Positions 13,774 to 33,541 of a stretch of 64,000 nt of DNA are shown piece by piece (position 1 is the first letter of the stretch; each line of letters opens with the position of its first letter). Location of the stretch: assembly GCF_009914755.1 (NCBI RefSeq), contig NC_060931.1, one strand, 5' to 3'. The notes under the pieces are model-generated. The model saw only the letters and a list, made by a program, of their open reading frames with translations. It had not been told where the DNA came from and ran no database searches. The translations under genes were made by a program, and so were the position numbers. This DNA is from the human T2T-CHM13v2.0 reference genome, Homo sapiens.

Positions 13774-14356
13774 TACCCAGGCTTGATTAGGTAAACAAAG
13801 CAGCCCGGAAGCTCCAACTGGGTGGAGCCCACCACAGCTCAAGGAGGCCTGCCTGCCTCTGCAGGCTCCACCTCTAGGGGCAGGGCACAGACAAACAAAA
13901 AGACAGCAGTAACCTCTTCAGACTTAAACGTCCCTGTCTGACAGCTTTGAAGAGAGCAGTGGTTCTCCCAGCATGCAGCTGGAGATCTGAGAACGGGCAG
14001 ACTGCCTCCTCAAGTGGGTCCCTGACCCCTGACCCCTGAGCAGCCTAACTGGGAGGCACCCCCCAGTAGGGGCAGATTGACACCTCACACGGCCGGGTAC
14101 TCCTCTGAGACAAAACTTCCAGAGGAACGATCAGACAGCAGCATTCGAGATTCACGAAAAATACCTGTTCTGCAGACACCGCTGCTGATACCCAGGCAAA
14201 CAGGGTCTGGAGTGGACCTCTAGCAAACTCCAACAGACCTGCAGCTGAGGGTCCTGTCTGTTAGAAGGAAAACTAACAAACAGAAAGGACATCCACACCA
14301 AAAACCCATCTGTACATCACCATCATCAAAGACCAAAAGTAGATAAAACCACAAAG
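13321..14356 (+). promoter_or_regulatory. L1 5'UTR with internal sense and antisense promoters and YY1 site caagatggccg near 13332
   Basis: CpG-containing L1PA 5'UTR upstream of the ORF1 ATG at 14357. Promoter function is inferred from family knowledge. Confidence 0.8.
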
Positions 14357-15369
14357 ATGGGGAAAAAACAGAGCAGAAAAACTGGAAACTCTAAAAAGCA
14401 GAGCACCTCTCCTCCTCCAAAGGAACGCAGTTCCTCACCAGCAATGGAGCAAAGCTGGATGGAGAATGACTTTGAGGAGGCGAGAGAAGAAGACATCAGA
14501 CGATCAAACTACAAGCTACAGGAGGAAATTCAAACCAAAGGCAAAGAAGTTAAAAACTTTGAAAAAAATTTAGACGAATGTATAACTAGAATAACCAATA
14601 CAGAGAAGTGCTTAAAGGAGCTGATGGAGCTGAAAGCCAAGGCTCAAGAACTATGTGAAGAATGCAGAAGCCTCAGGAGCCGATGCGATCAACTGGAAGA
14701 AAGGGTATCAGTGATGGAAGATGAAATGAATGAAATGAAGCAAGAAGGGAAGTTTAGAGAAAAAAGAATAAAAAGAAATGAGCAAAGCCTCCAAGAAATA
14801 TGGGACTATGTGAAAAGACCAAATCTACGTCTGATTGGTGTACCTGAAAGTGATGGGGAGAATGGAACCAAACTGGAAAACAATCTGCAGGATATTATCC
14901 AGGAGAACTTCCCCAATCTAGCAAGGCAGGCCAACGTTCAGATTCAGGAAATGCAGAGAATGCCACAAAGATACTCCTCGAGAAGAGCAACTCCAAGCAC
15001 ATAATTGTCAGATTCACCAAAGTTGAAATGAAGGAAAAAATGTTAAGGGCAGCCAGAGAGAAAGGTCGGGTTACCCTCAAAGGGAAGCCCATCAGACTAA
15101 CAGCGGATCTCTCAGCAGAAACCCTACAAGCCAGAAGAGAGTGGGGGCCAATATTCAACATTCTTAAAGCAAAGAATTTTCAACCCAGAATTTCATATCC
15201 AGCCAAACTAAGCTTCATAAGTGAAGGAGAAATAAAATACTTTGCAGACAAGCAAATGCTGAGAGATTTTGTCACCACCAGGCCTGCCCTAAAAGAGCTC
15301 CTGAAGGAAGCACTAAACATGGAAAGGAACAACCGGTACCAGACACTGCAAAATCATGCCAAAATGTAA
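14357..15369 (+). pseudogene. L1 ORF1p, frameshifted
   Basis: MGKKQSRKTGNSK... and ...LQNHAKM* are in different frames. 1-nt deletion near 14997 (ccaagcacata vs consensus ccaagacacata). Confidence 0.93.
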
Positions 15370-15432
15370 AGACCATCGAGACTAGCAATAAACTGCATCA
15401 ACTAACGAGCAAAATAACCAGCTAACATCATA

Positions 15433-19272
<3,840 letters not shown>

Positions 19273-21067
19273 ACAATGGGAACACATGGACACAGGAGAG
19301 GGAACATCACACTCTGGGGACTGTTGTGGGGTGGGAGGAGGGGGGAGGGATAGCACTGGGAGATATACCTAATGCTAGATGACGAGTTAGTGGGTGCAGC
19401 GCACCAACATGTCACATGTATACATATGTACCTAACCTGCACATTGTGCACATGTACCCTAAACTTAAAGTATAATTAAAAAAAAAACAGTTAAAGAATT
19501 AGAATAAGCTTTCCTTAGAATGTCTTTTTTTTTAAATTTTTTCTTTATAAAGCTATTTTATAAATGCTTAAAATAAAGTGATCTCATCTAAAATTGAAAC
19601 ATTGTATTTCAGATACAGGTACACCTAATGTTAGTAAGAAGGGTTTTTATTTACAGATAATTTGGTGATAATAAAAATCTTCAGTAAACTTTGCTATGAC
19701 TTTTAAAAAAACTTTATGACTAACTCTATGATTTTTCCAGTGTTAAAAGGATTCCAAGTTGATTCTAAAATCAAAGAACAGACAGAAGTTCAAGTGGGTT
19801 GTAAACTTGGCAAAAACATGTTTTACCAAGAAAAAAGGAAAACGAATCCCATCTAAAAATCTGTGACTATGTGTATGCATCTTTGGGCTTCCTTTTTGTA
19901 AAAGCAAAGTTCTTTAAAAAAGAATCATAACATCACATAAAGTAATGAAATATACTTTGTGTGACTAAAGATATTAAAATTGCTTTTTAAAATTAGGCCA
20001 ACTGCATAACTCCTTTTGAAGAGTTCATTGGTAAAAAGTCACCTAGTGACCATAATCATGCTTTAACTTTGGGTGTGTAACCTTATGTTCTAAGAAGTGT
20101 CACTGATAACTTTTAAAATTATCATAATTAATCTGGTACTATTTAGATAGAAGTAAGTTTTCCCACTATATTTCTGTTTGCATTTTACTATTTCCTTTCT
20201 GTAGTATGCTTCCCTTTGCTGTCATGAATATCACAAAGATGGATACAACTGTTTAATTTTATATTTTTCCTGCAGTAGTTATTCAGAATTTCTCTTCTGA
20301 ATAGTTTTTAGCATTTGAATCAAAACAGTTTTTGACATGTCGGTGACACCATGCTGTAAAGGAGGAGTCAGTGCTTCTGGATCCCTAAAGGGACTTAGTT
20401 TTAAATGTGCCCCAAAACTCTTGTTGTGGCAGTTTTCATCTTTATAAGGGCTACTACTACACATGCTCAGAGTTCATTCTCAGAACATTAGCCTATAAAC
20501 TTTGAAAGAGCAGAGGCACAGTCTTAGTCTCCATTGTATCCCCTTATCTAGCACATTGCCTAACACACAGTAAGCACCCAACAGAAAAATGTTTGTTTGT
20601 GGGATAAACAAATAAATATAGCAAGCTTTCTTCTAGAAAGTGGATGGTCACCCAGCTTGAAGATTATTTATTTTATTTCAATGCTTAGGCAGTATGCCTT
20701 ATGAATTATGTATGTCTAAAACACATATGTTGAGGAAGGTGTTCTGGAGTATTTCTTATTACTATGAAATACAATTCAAAAGCACTCCTAGTGTTTTCCA
20801 TTACCATCTATTTTATCCTTATTTGGATTTTGTCCACTGGAGAAGCTCCTCAATGGCTGGGCTGTGTCTTTCAGTATTCCCCGTTGTCCATGCAGTGCCT
20901 GGCACAGAGCAGCCAATCAATCAGTAAATGATTGTTACATGAATAAGTGAGACTACATCAAATAATTTTATCAAAATTTAAAATGGGTTGGAATCAGTAA
21001 AAAGTAATATTGGTGATGCAAACAAAAAAGAGTGACATCATGGAAGATATTCTTTAGAGAATCATCA

Positions 21068-21392
<325 letters not shown>

Positions 21393-21589
21393 TTCAGTAA
21401 ACAGGTCAGAAATGAAAGTGACTAAACTTGACAGAATGGAAAGCAGTGTCTCAGTCCTCTGCACATCTTTCTTTTAAGCTTGGGTGGTTTATGTCCCTAA
21501 AAACAAAAACTTCCTTTTTATTAAAAAGGAGATTAATTGGAATTAAAATGAAAAGATACAATTTTAAGTGAATACTAAGTTGTCTGGTT

Positions 21590-21970
21590 ATTGTACTATG
21601 AGTATCATTCAGGCAAGAAAGAGCATATCCAAAAGGGTTTAACTGAAGAGAGTTTTAGAAAGGGGCTATTTACTGAAGTGGGTGGGATTCAAGGAACCAA
21701 CAAGAAATGTGGAAGCACCTCAAGGTTAATAAGAGCAGAAAGTCTTTGTCACCCCAGGCCTAAAAAAGCAGAGGGAGCTGACTACTGGAGCCTGTGAAAG
21801 TTGGAGCCTGAGAAGAGAGACCTCTCAAAAAGAGCTCTCACAATAAAGGACGGCAGCCATTTTCAAAAAGTGCCCTGAAGGAGGGAGTGGTCAATAAATA
21901 ATCCATGTTCTTTCTTCTGCCCTTCAATCTCCTACTCCTACCGGTGCCTCCCATTGATGGAACACAAGAG
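21590..21970. mobile_element. Probable old ERVL-class LTR fragment
   Basis: Resembles old ERVL LTRs ('ggtttaactgaagagagtttt...aggggctatttac...ggaaccaacaag'). Family not resolved. Confidence 0.35.
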
Positions 21971-22133
21971 AAAGCCTGGAGCACAGGCAGGGCAGAGAAT
22001 GATCAGAATAGAAGGTAACAGGGGCAAGGAAGGACAAATAGAGAATAGCCAACAAACGACTGGTCTCCCTGAGAATGGCTTCTGACTCTGATGGAGCCAG
22101 GAATCCCACATCTGTCCCCCAGAATGCAGCTAG

Positions 22134-22546
<413 letters not shown>

Positions 22547-23399
22547 CTATTTCTTCTTACTGTCTGAACATTTGATGTAATCCCTGCCAATCAACCAGTG
22601 GACTCAACAAGGACAATGTTTCCTCCCAGCTAGCTTCACAAGAGGAAAAAACAAAAACAAAAAAACATTTGGACTGGTTATCACTAGAACTGTGGTACTT
22701 GAATCAGTAGAAAAATTAAAGTCTCCAAAAAAATTGGCATTACAAAATTTGAAACCTATCTATTGTCTCAGGTGGTCATGGGACATTGTTCACTTAGCCC
22801 TGGAAACTTCTATCCTTCTATTTCTGTAAAATATGAGTAAGCACTGGATCTAAATTAAAATTTGTCATTGCACTCTTCCAGGACATTGCATGCACATTTG
22901 CTATTCAAAATCGGATCTGCCCTCCTTTTTGTCTCAGGAATATCTACTAAGTATCTATGTAGACAAAGAAGATATGTGTGTTTAAACAACACAATCTTTA
23001 TAGATTCATATAAATGTTCTGTTTCAGAAATATTTAATTGGATTAAGATTCTAACTTGCTTCATTCCAAGTCCCTGCATTACCAAACCCCTGATTACTCC
23101 ATGCCATGAAGCTCCAGGCACAATGGCCTGTTTTCCTTCCCCTGGACAGAAACACAGCTTGTAGGGAGGGGGAATAGAAACAGTTATCATTAGGTTGTGC
23201 CCTCTGAACATATTACTCTAAAGGATATTTTTCAACAATTTTTAAGGTAGTATTTTGATATGACAGTTTTTAAGAAAATGATATGAAAAGATGCTAGAGG
23301 AAGCAGTGCGAATTTTATCTTTCAAAATACAATGGTCAGACCATGGGTCCATAGAGAATGTTTTCCTTGCTCACTCACCTCTCAAAAAGCATCCTCATA

Positions 23400-25260
23400 T
23401 TAGATGCCAGAAGATAGTGGAGGTGCATAGTTGTATTTTAAAGTAGAAATTTTGCAACTCACGAATTGTGTGCCTTTCAAGTTGTCATATGAAGCAACAC
23501 TTCAGATAAGAAAGGCCTCAGGAAATAGAGCATCCATATATTCTTCCTGAAAAAGAAATGTCAAAGATGTACACCAGCGTACTGAATTAGGAAGTCTTGC
23601 TTAAAAGGACAGGTAAGGCAAAGTCTAAAGAATTGTAAAATATACAAACATGATATAAATATAATAAATATCATGAATATTTTTAAAAGAGAAGAAACAC
23701 ACACACACAAAATTGCTAGATCTAAAATCCTAGATTATATCATAGAAAGCTGAATGACAGAAGAAAATGAAATTGTCAACAAATACTGATTAATTGGGGA
23801 GTTAATAGGTACTTGTTTAATTCTTGGTGTTTGAAATATGTTTGAATTTTTGATGTTACTACTAATTAAATTTAAAAACATAGTATTTGTTATATGAGTT
23901 CTAAATTACCAGAGGAAAAGAGGCAATCAAAGAAAATAGAGTCTACTTGGCAAAAAAAAAAAAAAAAAAACATTGAAAATTAATCATATTAGTAATACTA
24001 CCAAATATTGAGTGCCAGGAACTATGCTAAGTGTTTTACATTATCTCCTTTAATCCTCACTTAAGTCTCTGAGATAACAATTTATGATGCAGTTCAAAAT
24101 CAGGCCTACTTAAATGTGAAGTTATACTCTGTCTTTATTAATACATCAGTAGGATGACAAATAGATTAAAACTTGTGTCCCAATTCTCATTGATTAGTAT
24201 TAGCTATTAGTAATGTTGAACTAATAAAGATTCTGAGGCTGAATTTCAGCTCAGCAGAAAAGACTGGATTATGGATTATTAGTGATGCCTACTTTCAGAA
24301 CAACAGGGAAGATCTGCATCGAGTATGTCACATATTTACCAATCAGTTATAAAAATAGATATAAAATTACAAACAATAAGACTAAATATATAGCTTATGA
24401 AAATAGTTATAGATGGAATAAATGAACCTACAAAGAAAAAGCCTCAAAAGGTCATTAAGAAATTTTATCTACATTTAAAATAAAGAATCAAAGAGATGTT
24501 AAAAGCAAAATGAATGGGCAAAATATACCAAAAAGTATGTCAATGAAAACAAAAAGAAAACAGGAATTACAACATTATTAGATAGTGCTGAATTCAAGAA
24601 AAAAATACATACAAAAATGTATGAGATAAGACCAAAGCTAGGATGAGAGGTAGAAACAGTCTTTTTAGAGAATATGGAAGGAACATAAATTGTTCAGTTG
24701 GTGACATTAGAAAAACAAGTTATTAACTCAAGAAGTAGGTATCCAGAAATATCAATAACTATTGAAGAAATTAAAAGTTTTTAAAAAGTTTCATCTTTTA
24801 AGGTATACCATTGTCAGCAGTTTTATGGCTAAGCTCTTTTAACATTATAAGAAAATAATACTACCTAAGCCTTCCAAACTGCGGAAGAGCAGATAAAAAA
24901 AAAGAGAAACCTATCAATTGTTTTTTACAGAAGTGGCACAATTATGCTACCAAAATCTGGGGGCAAAAGGCATGTGCTCACAAACACATATGCGTGCGTG
25001 CACACACAGACACACAAATCATAATTTTTGATAAGAAAAATTCACATTATATGAAAAACAAGATATAAAATGTGTATTAGGATTATTATTTTACAAAACA
25101 CAGACATATAAATGTGCACAAACAAAATGCCCTAAATACATAGAAAGATTTTAGTCATTTTCTTACGTGGTTAGGTTATAATGATCTTTATTTTTTATTT
25201 ATGATTTTTTATTTTTCCAAATTTTCTTTACCACCTTGTATTACTTCTATCATACTGAAA
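23400..25260 (+). mobile_element. Decayed L1M fragments (A-rich, sense), interrupted by a MIR-like piece near 23990-24130
   Basis: Strong A bias and an L1ME-like 3' end ('ttttatgattttttatttttccaaattttc...ttgtattacttctatcat'). Confidence 0.5.
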
Positions 25261-25874
25261 AGCAAGAGTATTGAGCCAAAGATAAGTTAATTTTACAGAA
25301 GCGGATTTTTCTTTAATGATGAAGGAAGGTTATTTTGACTGAAGAACAAAGGGACTGCTAGACCTGGAGCAACGGAAGGAAGGAAAGAAGGGAGGAAGAA
25401 AGGAAGGGAAGAATTCCTAGGCTGTAAGACCTTGAAACCAAAACCTCAGGAGAGTGCTAATGGAAGTAATTCAAATGTTACGTAGAAATCTTCATAGGAT
25501 AGAGACTCTTCTGCCTGAGACTTTTGGCATAGAAAAATAATTAGCTTGTCTCAGGATTATTTTCAATAACTACTACTATTTTCAGTCTTTCTTCGGTTTT
25601 AGGATGAGAGTCAAGATATATACAAGCTCCGTGATGGCAGATACCTTTGATGACGCCGGCCGACCAGTGTCCAGCACAGCAGAGGGCCCTGCAGGTCCCA
25701 GTGACCACCTGTTAGGAATGAAGGTTTCCAGTAGAAGGTTCCACCATGCTCTTTCCCTGTGGCTTATTCTCTTCAGAATATTAACAGTGACTTGTCCTAC
25801 AGCAAGAATGTTTTTCAATGCCATAGACAACACAGATCAATTTCAGAATGAAGATTAAAATTATCCTTGACAGA

Positions 25875-26176
25875 GGCAGGGCGTGGTGGCTCACACCTGT
25901 AATCCCAGCACTTTGGGTGGCTGAGGCAGGTGGATCATGAGGTCAGGCGATCAAGACCATCCTGGCTAACACGGTGAAACTCCATCTCTACTAAAAAAAC
26001 AATAAATTAGCCAGGCGTGGTGGCACGTGCCTGTAGTCCCAGCTACTTGAGAGGCTGAAACAGGAGAATCGCTTGAACCCGGGAGGCAGAGTTGCAATGA
26101 GCCGAGATTGTGCCACTGCACTCCAGCCTGGGTGACAGAGCGAGACTCCTTCTCAAAAAATAAATAAATAAAAATA
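25875..26176 (+). mobile_element. AluS (Sc-like)
   Basis: Full dimer. TSD aaaattatcc(t/a)tgacag (25857-25873 and 26177-26193). Confidence 0.93.
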
Positions 26177-26547
26177 AAAATTATCCATGACAGGATGGAA
26201 CCATGGTCCCAAACAAGCTAGATCAAATTACACAAGGATATAAACTAAACCATTCACTTAGGTTTCTAAACATTTATTTATTGATTTCAAAATAGAGACT
26301 GATATCAGTGTAACCCAACACTGGGAACACAACTTCTGACTAAACTAACACAACCTTAGGCTGTGTGTATGGAAGTGAAATCTAGCAGCAGGAAAAGAGC
26401 AGTCCTCCTCGTTTCCATGTTGGTCAGACCGTCATCCCTACTACTGAAGCCCAGCTGGGTGACAGGTTTTACAGCAAGCATTAAGTAAGAGCCTATTCAA
26501 AAGTACAAGACACAAACAGCCTGAAAAGCCTGCCCTGTGAGAGCTGA

Positions 26548-26892
<345 letters not shown>

Positions 26893-27803
26893 AGGTCTGG
26901 GGAGATTTACGCTGAGGAGAAAGGCCTGGAGAGTCCAAGCGAGCTGTCTTTGGGAAAGGAGTTCGACACATTCTGCACTACTCCAAGGAGCAGAGCTATG
27001 ACCGACAAATGTAAAATGCTAAGGTAGAGGTGGCCAATACAAAGACGAATTTCCTAAAACGTATGATGCTCTCTGACCAGATAGGAGTCATTGCTTGTCA
27101 CCAAAAGTGAGTAAGCACTAGCTAAATGACCATCTATAAGGAGTGTTCTGGAAGGGAGGTGGCACCATCCTGTCTTCCAACCTGGGGAACATAGAGAGGT
27201 TTTGTTTGTTCTACAAAACATTGAAAATTAATTTTGTAAAATGCCTTAGAAGGAACAACTGCTCTCTGGTCTGAACAATTCACACTACCGCCCATTGTCC
27301 TGAAGTCTAGCTGTTTCACATATTTATGCCACCTGCCCAGCTCTTAAAGGCATTGGCATTTGCCTAATCTCTAATGTCCATTCCAACTCTAGGCTAACTT
27401 GCTTGGTGACTCAGCTTCACCACAGAGCTGTCACAGAATTTTGTACCATTGGAGGACAGAAGAGATAGGAACTTGACCATAAAATAGTTAAAGTAGAATT
27501 GATTGATGAAGACAGTTAACTTCAAACAGTCTGAGGTTGAAACATTTCTCTTGCTCTACACAACTTTATCACACTTCACACCCCATCACCTCTGCTTTTT
27601 CTCCCTCTTCCCATGTAACTTTCAATTTTATAGCTTCTGTGAACTCAGACTATTTTAAACAGGAACTTTCCACCTAGAATTCAGAAGCTTTTATTACCAG
27701 ACCAGCCCAGCCCAGAAAAGCAGGTTGACTTTTCTTACTAATTTTAGCCATTCCAAAGGTCCTTTGGCAGGGACCAGGTTCTTCCACTCTGTGGTTGGTG
27801 TAA

Positions 27804-27819
27804 TGCTGCCATCTGGTGA
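27804..27819 (-). promoter_or_regulatory. CTCF-like motif
   Basis: Minus strand reads TCACCAGATGGCAGCA, close to the CTCF core CCAC/G-AGRKGGCRS. Motif match only. Confidence 0.4.
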
Positions 27820-29358
27820 TTATTCCCACAAAGTGCCTGAGGCGTCTGTCTCCTCCTAGGCAGAAATGTTTCCCAACTTACAAGTCAGTAGAGTAGTCCT
27901 GCCCCAAGCAGGGTCCCCCTAATTGGGAGGGTAAAATTCATCTCCATGAAGACACTTGTGTGCTGAAAATGGTAATTTCTAATTAATATTAGTATTAACC
28001 ATGATTATTATTAATGATACGAAGATTGAGTTATAACAGATAATATTAATAATGATGTCCTGCAGCAAAAATTTACATATAACATTATGTAGCCTATATA
28101 TTATTAGAAATATATTACTGGATATTATCCTTATTGCAACCCCACAAGTAACATAGTATTACCATATTCATTACTTTCCCTATGAGGGGACAGACTCAGA
28201 GAGAGTAAGAGGCAAGCTCCAGATCACACAGCCTCTAAGTAGGAGAGTCAGAATCAGACTCCAGTAGAGCAGGCTTCAAATTTTCTAGATGGTTCAGCAT
28301 GGAGCCTAACTAGATTTCAATAGCATCCAGTGTACAGAAGTGGACCCCCTTAAGCTATGGGATAGGCAGGATGGGGGAACCAGCAGTCTAAGGAGGCATG
28401 AAAAAAATTGTGCAGGGCTTGGTGGTGGTGAAGGATTCCATTTACACAACTGGTTTGGAACAGGATTCAGCTGGCAATAGAATGCTTAGGTGATAAGATC
28501 TAGCTGGAGGAAAAGGACTGGTAGGTGCCAGGTGGGAAGTCAAGGCCCCACTGGAGCAGAGTAAGGAAGAACTGTGGCTCCTTCGGCATATTGAGTGCCT
28601 AGGGAAAATGCCACTGAGGGCAATGAGACGTCTCAAGTTCCCCTAGTCTTGGCTTAGCTAGCTGAAGGAACTGGGTGGGGTGGGATTGGCCAGGCGTGCT
28701 GGTACCACTGCCATTACTCTTGCCAGATGCCATATTGCCTTCCCTAAAGGCAATGTATTACATATTAGGTGTGATATGTTATATTACATATTAGGTGTGA
28801 GGGTGTGGGAGTGATAAATGATGTACATTTGTATTTGTCTGTTTGTTTAATAATCCATCATGGCCATTCTGAGCTAGGTGATTTCTCATCCTTTGTCTCA
28901 TTTAATTTCTATGACCCTAAGGGAATATTTAGAATTTGGAAATCCTACATCTAGATGTGCATAGTCTGGTTGTTGAGAAGGTACTCTATAAAGAGAAAGG
29001 ATTTTTAGCCTCTTGAAGAAACTAAACCATCAGTAACCTGGCCCACATTTTGCTTGGTGAATCTCTCAAAACGATTGACATGCAGGCATTTCACTTCTAA
29101 AACAAACACAAGATAAATAAGCCTCTACACCTGAGAGAACTATGCCCAATTCCACCATTTGATCTCATCATTCAAGTGAGGTTCCCAATGTCTGATTTTT
29201 TATTGCTTGAGTTTCAAACATTGGTTTGTTTTTTGTGCTTTACACAAGTACAGTTAATGAAAGGCAACAGTTATATCACAAGTATACCTCTTTTGGAGGA
29301 AATTACTCTTTCTACCTTTTAGGGACCCTTTGTAGTTGTTTATTTTCATTTGGACCAG

Positions 29359-29969
29359 TGTATTAGGCCGTTCTCATGCTGCTATGAAGAAATACCCAAG
29401 ACTGGGTAATTTATGAAGAAAAGAGGTTTAAATGAGAACACATGGACACAGGGAGGGGAACACCACACATTGGGGCTTGTAAGGGGAGGGCGGGGGTCAG
29501 AGGAGAGGAACAGGAAAAATAGCTAATGCATGCCAGGCTTAATACCTAGGTGATTGGCCGATAGGTGCAGCAAACCACCATGGCACAAGTTTACCTATGT
29601 AATAAACCTGCACATCCTGCACACGTACCCTGGAACTTAAAATAATTTTTTTTAAAAAAAGAAAAGAGGTTTAATTGACCCACAGTTCTGTGTGGCTGGG
29701 GAGGCCTCAGGAAACTTACAATCACGGCAGAAGGCACTTTTTCACAGGGCAGCAGGAGAGAGAATGAGAGCTAGCAGGGGAAATGCCAGATGCTTATAAA
29801 ACCATCAGATCTCATGAGAACTCACTCACTGTCACAAGAATAGCATGGGGGTGGCAAACCGCCCCCATAATTCAATTACCTCCCACCAGGTCCCTCCCAT
29901 GACATGTGGGGATTATGGGAACTACAATTCAAGATGAAATTTGGGTGGGGACACAGCTATGCCATATCA
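29359..29969 (-). mobile_element. THE1 (THE1D-like) MaLR solo LTR containing a nested L1 3' end
   Basis: TG...CA termini (tgtattag ... ccatatca) and 5-bp TSD accag (29354-29358 and 29970-29974). Confidence 0.93.
29432..29658 (+). mobile_element. Severely 5'-truncated older L1PA 3'UTR (roughly L1PA10-13) inserted in THE1
   Basis: 'aggaaaaatagctaatgcatg...ttaatacctaggtg...ggtgcagcaaaccaccatggcac'. 16-bp TSD aagaaaagaggtttaa (29416-29431 and 29659-29674). Confidence 0.9.
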
Positions 29970-30423
29970 ACCAGACTGGTATAAACTAGCCAGCACATGG
30001 ACAAATGGGCTCTAACATATCACTCTGTGCTAGTGTTCTAACGTATAATTTCATCCATTCATTGTAAGAGGGTTAATAGCAAACATTGCATATGAAGCTT
30101 ATATTCAAGAATAGTAACTACTTCGAGATTGTTTGAAAAGTTGAAATAATAATAATGATGTATGGAGAGTCCTTCAGTTTGTTGTACAAGTCTTGCATCA
30201 AAACATATAGAAAAAGCAATAGGTTCCAAAGTCTGTCTTGTCCATCTTTTACCAAGGCTCAACCTCTTCTGCTGAATATCTTTGGTTCCCCTAATGCCTA
30301 TATAGTCTGGGAGTGGGAGTGAGAAGTGGAAGTTAGTCCTGTCTCACGCTCTCCTATCCCATACTTTGTCTACTGCAGAGGGAGAACTAACAGGCTGTGG
30401 GCCCAGAAGCACATAAAGGGATC

Positions 30424-31845
<1,422 letters not shown>

Positions 31846-32467
31846 TTACTGCAAGAATCATCATGAATTTTGTACCCACAGTTGATATAAGGAGGAAAAC
31901 GGGTGGTATTTTTGCTAACCCTAAAGGAAACTGAAAAGTTTTAATATGGATTGAACTAATTATAACAAAGGCAGTGAAGTCTTAAATATTACACTAGTAA
32001 ATTTCTTATAATAAATATATAGTGAGTATACACTATTTCCTCTGACAACACTAAACAGCTGTTCTATTACTCAGGTTAAAGGCTCTGTAAAAGTCGCACA
32101 TCAGAGTTAAAGGAAAATCAGGCAGCACCTTTTCTACAAACTATCCGGTTTTATAATAACAGGTGTTTATGTTTGTAGACTTTTCTAGGTTTTTGTTATA
32201 AATCCCACACGACATTGTTAATTTTTTTTGTTTAAATAGTCAATTATCTTTTTTAAAGATGTAGATAATAAATAAATAAAATATTCAGTGCTTACCCACA
32301 TGATTTTTCCTTTCAATACCCTAAAGATGTTACTCAACTGTCTTCTTACTTGGATTATTTCCAATGAGAAATCTGCCATCCTTATCTTTGTTAACTCGAT
32401 ATGTAATGTTCCTTTTCTCTGGTTGATTTTAAGGGTTTTTATAAAAAGTCATTGGTGTTGGGTAATT

Positions 32468-32784
32468 TTTCTTTCTTTTGTTTTTCGTTTGTTTGTTTTT
32501 TTGAGATGGAGACTTGCTCTGTCGCCCAGGCTGGAGTGGAGTGACCCAATCTCGGCTTACTACAACCTCCACCTCCCAGGTTCGAGCAATTCTTTTGCCT
32601 TAGCCTCCCAAGTAGCTGGGATTACAGGCACCTGCCACCACACCCGCTAATTTTTGTATTTTTTAGTAGACACGGGATTTCACCATGTTGGCCAGGCTGG
32701 TCTTGAACTCCTTACCTCAGGTGATCTGCCTGCCTCGGCCTCCCAAAGTGCTGGGATTACAGGTGTGAGCCACTGCTCCCAGCC
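32468..32784 (-). mobile_element. AluSx-like
   Basis: Full dimer, 'ctcaggtgatctgcc', short gtaattt flank repeat. Confidence 0.92.
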
Positions 32785-33223
32785 AGTAATTTGATTTTCA
32801 TGTGCCTTGGTGTAGTTTTCTTCATGTTTCTGGTGCTTGGAGTTTGTTGGACTTTGTGAAACAAACTTTTCTTTGAAACATTTCTTCAAAAGCTTTCCCT
32901 CCTCTTTGGGATTTTTCAGTTACCTATACCTGAGGCTACTTGGACTTGTCTCATCACTTGCTGATGCATTTTCGTTTTAAAAAGTATTTTCTTTTTTTAA
33001 ATCTCTATGTTTCATTTGGGATAGCTTCTTATGACCATGTCTTCATGTCACTAATCTTTTCTTCTGCAGTCTCTAATCTGCTATATATATCCAGTATAAA
33101 TTTTACTGGAGACATTGTTGTTTTCATCTCTAGACATTCAATTTGGGTTTTTTTAAATATCTTGCATATATCCACTTAACATAGTTCATCTTTCCTCTAG
33201 CTTCTTGAACATACAGGATATAG

Positions 33224-33541
<318 letters not shown>

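Noticed and set aside
25582-25858. Overlapping 83/84-aa ORFs with a GC-richer patch
   Set aside because: No recognisable homology or matched splice sites; adjacent to an L3 relic.
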